A stretch of DNA of 64,000 nt from Eukaryota sp. TZLM1-RC (taxonomy: Eukaryota; Protista; Metamonada: BaSk clade). Position 1 is the stretch's first letter. Every line of letters starts with the position of its first letter. The notes under the pieces were generated by a model. That model searched no databases. It was not told the DNA's origin and saw only the letters and a program-made list of their open reading frames with translations. This document shows, piece by piece, positions 59,531-64,000 of this stretch. The position numbers and the translations under genes are program-made. The DNA lies in contig JAUPSS010000001.1 in assembly GCA_040285825.1 (NCBI GenBank), forward strand, positions 806,001-870,000, given 5' to 3'.

Positions 59531-60168
59531 ACTAACGGCAAAAATCGAAATACAAAGATGATCTATCTCCCCATTTCTTCAGTTATATCATTGCCGAAAG
59601 TCTAAAGAAAGTTTGAGATAATATGAATGAGGAAAAGTTGATTCATTTTCTAATCAAATTATGTAAGCCTTAGGGCGACAACACTATTTATCAAAAATAA
59701 CCCATTCAATAGTTCACTCTATAGAAATGAGCTAACACAAATCGATATGTTAGTAATTGCTGAAGCCAGAATGAGTGGCAATTAAAGGCCTCATTATTTG
59801 AGCAGTAAATAGTAGACAGTATTTGAAATTATCCACAACAAAATTGATCGTGTCAGTATTGGGAATTTGCCCACTTGAAATTGACAATAAAAAATGTAGT
59901 TAAAAGACAGATTCAACGTTTTTCACCTTTCTCTGTTCCAATACATTCATGAATGAAAGAACATAGACAACAAGGACCGTTCTCAGCTATCTCGCACATC
60001 TATTCCTTCATCCCGTATTTCATCCATTCCTTTCAATTGTGAACTGTTTAGGCATGTTATGAATTCGGGAGGAGCTATGGAAAGGTGTGATTGGCCGAAG
60101 GTTTGCTTGGAGGGAAGTCTTGGATTGTAATACACATGTCCAGGTGTATGAAGTCTTTGCTCAAAGTG

Positions 60169-63100
60169 TCTTTTATGCATAACTTTTAATCCAATAAAGA
60201 ATAAAATAATCAAATACACAACTAAAACTCCATATCCTCAAAGTGTGCCTCCTCTACCACAAAACAATCAATTACTAAAGATTTAGAATATTTCCCAAAA
60301 AAATACAGAATGAATCAGAAATTAATTCACCATTCCCTTAAAAATAAATAATACAATACGGTTTTGCCAGTCAACACACTTGAAAATTCTTCCAGTTCTT
60401 TCCTTTTCAACTACATAAAAATTCTTGACGGAGACCATTGCAGCCTTATCCAAAGTGATTTTAACAACAATATTGATTTTCTACTGAAAATCAAATCAAA
60501 TCAAAAAAATCTAAAGCACATAAGAAACAAAACTATTTGGGAACGTTTCTGTACAAAGCGAAAATGATACGATTTTTCCATAAATTCTCTGCAAAATTTT
60601 TCCCACTTGAACGACATAAATTACCAAAATCATTGATGAAATTCAAGGCGGATTGTCCAATGTTGCCAAAAATCGAAAAGGCAAAAGGAACAAACGAAAA
60701 CTTCGAATAAAGGTTCTTATTTAAATCATTTAATATCTCAGTATATTTATCTCTCTTACGATCTTCAGCCTTGTTTAAATGGCCATTAGTACTAAGTAAA
60801 ATATCATCGCGATAAAACAAAGCAAAGGGATCAACTGTAGTGAAATCAACAACAACTTGAGAGGAATCCACAAAATTTCCATCTTTTATGCATAACTTTT
60901 AATCCAATAAAGAATAAAATAATCAAATACACAACTAAAACTCCATATCCTCAAAGTGTGCCTCCTCTACCACAAAACAATCAATTACTAAAGATTTAGA
61001 ATATTTCCCAAAAAAATACAGAATGAATCAGAAATTAATTCACCATTCCCTTAAAAATAAATAATACAATACGGTTTTGCCAGTCAACACACTTGAAAAT
61101 TCTTCCAGTTCTTTCCTTTTCAACTACATAAAAATTCTTGACGGAGACCATTGCAGCCTTATCCAAAGTGATTTTAACAACAATATTGATTTTCTACTGA
61201 AAATCAAATCAAATCAAAAAAATCTAAAGCAAATAAGAAACAAAACTATTTGGGAACGCTTCTGTACAAAGCGAAAATGATACGATTTTTCCATAAATTC
61301 TCTGCAAAATTTTTCCCACTTGAACGACATAAATTACCAAAATCATTGATGAAATTCAAGGCGGATTGTCCAATGTTGCCAAAAATCGAAAAGGCAAAAG
61401 GAACAAACGAAAACTTCGAATACAGGTTCTTATCTAAATCATTTAATATCTCAGTATATTTATCTCTGTTACGATCTTCAGCCTTGTTTAAATGACCATT
61501 AGCACTATGTAAAACAACATCGCGATAAACAAAAGCAAAGGGATTAACTGTAGCAAAATCAACAACAATTTGAGAGGAATCCACAAAAGGAACAATTAAA
61601 TCACCTCGACGTGAATTAAACAGATTATTATTGCTATAATGCCTCAACAACGGTTCTACTTTGCACCTCAAATTGTAACACTTGAACATCTCATATGTCA
61701 CATCACGAACGGCATTATGAAGAACTGATCGATATTGAAGGAATTTCTTACAACTAACAATATGACGGAAATTGGTAGTGGGTTTTTCATTACAAATACA
61801 AACAGAATTGCCCAGGAAAAACACTTGGATACAGCCCCAATCTCAACGGCATGTTTTGTTTCCATGCTTCATTTGTTAAGTGAAGACCAAATAGCCTTGG
61901 TTGCTGAGATATAAAACTAGTGCACTTCTGGCTTGTTTTTCTTTTCTTTTCTTTTTGTCTTTTGTTTTTTTGGTCTGATTGCATGGTGCTTGATCAATGA
62001 GGGTGATTCTGAAGATTGTGCATTTTAGGTTTTTGTAGATCTTGATTTAGCATGTTATTCGCAAAAATTTCCTTTTGTGAGAAATTGTTACTGTAATTTT
62101 AACAAAAATATTCGTTTTCTACGCAAAATCAAATCAAATCAAATCAAAAGAAACTAAAACACACAAGAAACAAAATTATTTGGAAACACTTCTGTACAAA
62201 GCGAAAATGATACGATTCTTTCATAAATTCCCTGCAAAATTGTTACCACTTGAACGACATAAATTATCAAAATCATTGATGAAATTCAAGGCGAACTGTT
62301 CAAAGTTGACAAAAATCGAAAAGGCAAACGGAACAAACGAAAACTTCGAATAAAGGTTCTTATTTAAATCATTTAATATCTCAGTATATTTATCTCTCTT
62401 ACGATCTTCAGCCTTGTTTAAATGGCCATTAGTACTAAGTAAAATATCATCGCGATAAAACAAAGCAAAGGGATCAACTGTAGTGAAATCAACAACAACT
62501 TGAGAGGAATCCACAAAATTTCCATCTTTTATGCATAACTTTTAATCCAATAAAGAATAAAATAATCAAATACACAACTAAAACTCCATATCCTCAAAGT
62601 GTGCCTCCTCTACCACAAAACAATCAATTACTAAAGATTTAGAATATTTCCCAAAAAAATACAGAATGAATCAGAAATTAATTCACCATTCCCTTAAAAA
62701 TAAATAATACAATACGGTTTTGCCAGTCAACACACTTGAAAATTCTTCCAGTTCTTTCCTTTTCAACTACATAAAAATTCTTGACGGAGACCATTGCAGC
62801 CTTATCCAAAGTGATTTTAACAACAATATTGATTTTCTACTGAAAATCAAATCAAATCAAAAAAATCTAAAGCAAATAAGAAACAAAACTATTTGGGAAC
62901 GCTTCTGTACAAAGCGAAAATGATACGATTTTTCCATAAATTCTCTGCAAAATTCTTACCACTTGAACGACATAAATTACCAAAATCATTGATGAAATTC
63001 AAGGCGGATTGTCCAATGTTGCCAAAAATCGAAAAGGCAAAAGGAACAAACGAAAACTTCGAATAAAGGTTCTTATTTAAATCATTTAATATCTCAGTAT

Positions 63101-64000
63101 ATTTATCTCTCTTACGATCTTCAGCCTTGTTTAAATGACCATTAGTACTAAGTAAAACATCATCGCGATAAACAAAAGCAAAGGGATCAACTGTAGTGAA
63201 ATCAACAACAACTTGAGAGGAATCCACAAAAGGAGCAATTAAATCACCTCGACGTGAATTAAACAGATTATTATTGCTATAATGCCTCAACAACGGTTCT
63301 ACTTTGCACCTCAAATTGTAACACTTGAACATCTCATATGTCACATCACGAACGGCATTATGAAGAACTGATCGATATTGAAGGAATTTCTTACAACTAA
63401 CAATATGACGGAAATTGGTAGTGGGTTTTTCATTACAAATACAAACAGAATTGCCCAGGAAAAACACTTGGATACAGCCCCAATCTCAACGGCATGTTTT
63501 GTTTCCATGCTTCATTTGTTAAGTGAAGACCAAATAGCCTTGGTTGCTGAGATATAAAACTAGTGCACTTCTGGCTTGTTTTTCTTTTCTTTTCTTTTTG
63601 TCTTTTTGTTTTTTTGGTCTGATTGCATGGTGCTTGATCAATGAGGGTGATTCTGAAGATTGTGCATTTTAGGTTTTTGTAGATCTTGATTTAGCATGTT
63701 ATTCGCAAAAATTTCCTTTTGTGAGAAATTGTTACTGTAATTTTAACAAAAATATTCGTTTTCTACGCAAAATCAAATCAAATCAAATCAAAAGAAACTA
63801 AAACACACAAGAAACAAAATTATTTGGAAACACTTCTGTAAAAAGCGAAAATGATACGATTCTTTCATAAATTCCCTGCAAAATTGTTACCACTTTGAAC
63901 GACATAAATTACCAAAATCATTGATGAAATTCAAGGCGGATTGTCCAATGTTGCCAAAAATCGAAAAGGCAAAAGGAACAAACGAAAACTTCGAATAAAG
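60169..64000 (-). repeat. Head-to-tail array of family-C and family-D retroelement 3' fragments (periods 713 and 1643 bp)
   Basis: ORF spacings are 60364 to 61077 (713) and 61246 to 62889 (1643). CIC..RHIVSC, HNAVRD, RRGDLI..VVDF are RLE motifs. Runs off the window end. Confidence 0.88.

Overview
AT-rich, apparently intron-poor microbial-eukaryote DNA (the Piezo, RING, TKL-like kinase and non-LTR retrotransposon content supports this; the organism cannot be named from the window). Almost all of it is one amplified cassette: [inverted-repeat element, IS607/Fanzor2 remnant, bacterial-type MBL hydrolase, coiled-coil/PARG/PBZ-finger gene, retroelement tail, Piezo, small RING protein, zinc-finger/kinase/coiled-coil/LRR gene, tRNA-like structured element, retroelement tails]. 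The cassette occurs as direct repeats at about 23.4-40 kb and 40-58.3 kb, plus an inverted, internally deleted copy at about 7.8-23.1 kb, making a giant imperfect palindrome centred near 23.25 kb. At least four families of CRE-like non-LTR retrotransposons with a restriction-like endonuclease (RLE) are mixed in: one near full length, one 5'-truncated copy with a 12-bp TSD inside an older copy of itself, and tandem arrays of 3' fragments at both window ends. Most cargo copies are broken, but the MBL, RING and two kinase-LRR copies are intact. The most striking signal is in the kinase-LRR paralogues. Their kinase domains are nearly identical, but their LRR arrays have 8 vs 16 repeats and share no specificity string. 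Variation is concentrated in four exposed codons per 84-bp repeat, almost only at codon positions 1-2. This suggests a rapidly diversifying, non-RD-kinase, immune-like receptor system. All calls come from motif reading and by-eye comparison, with no database searches; fragment boundaries are approximate.
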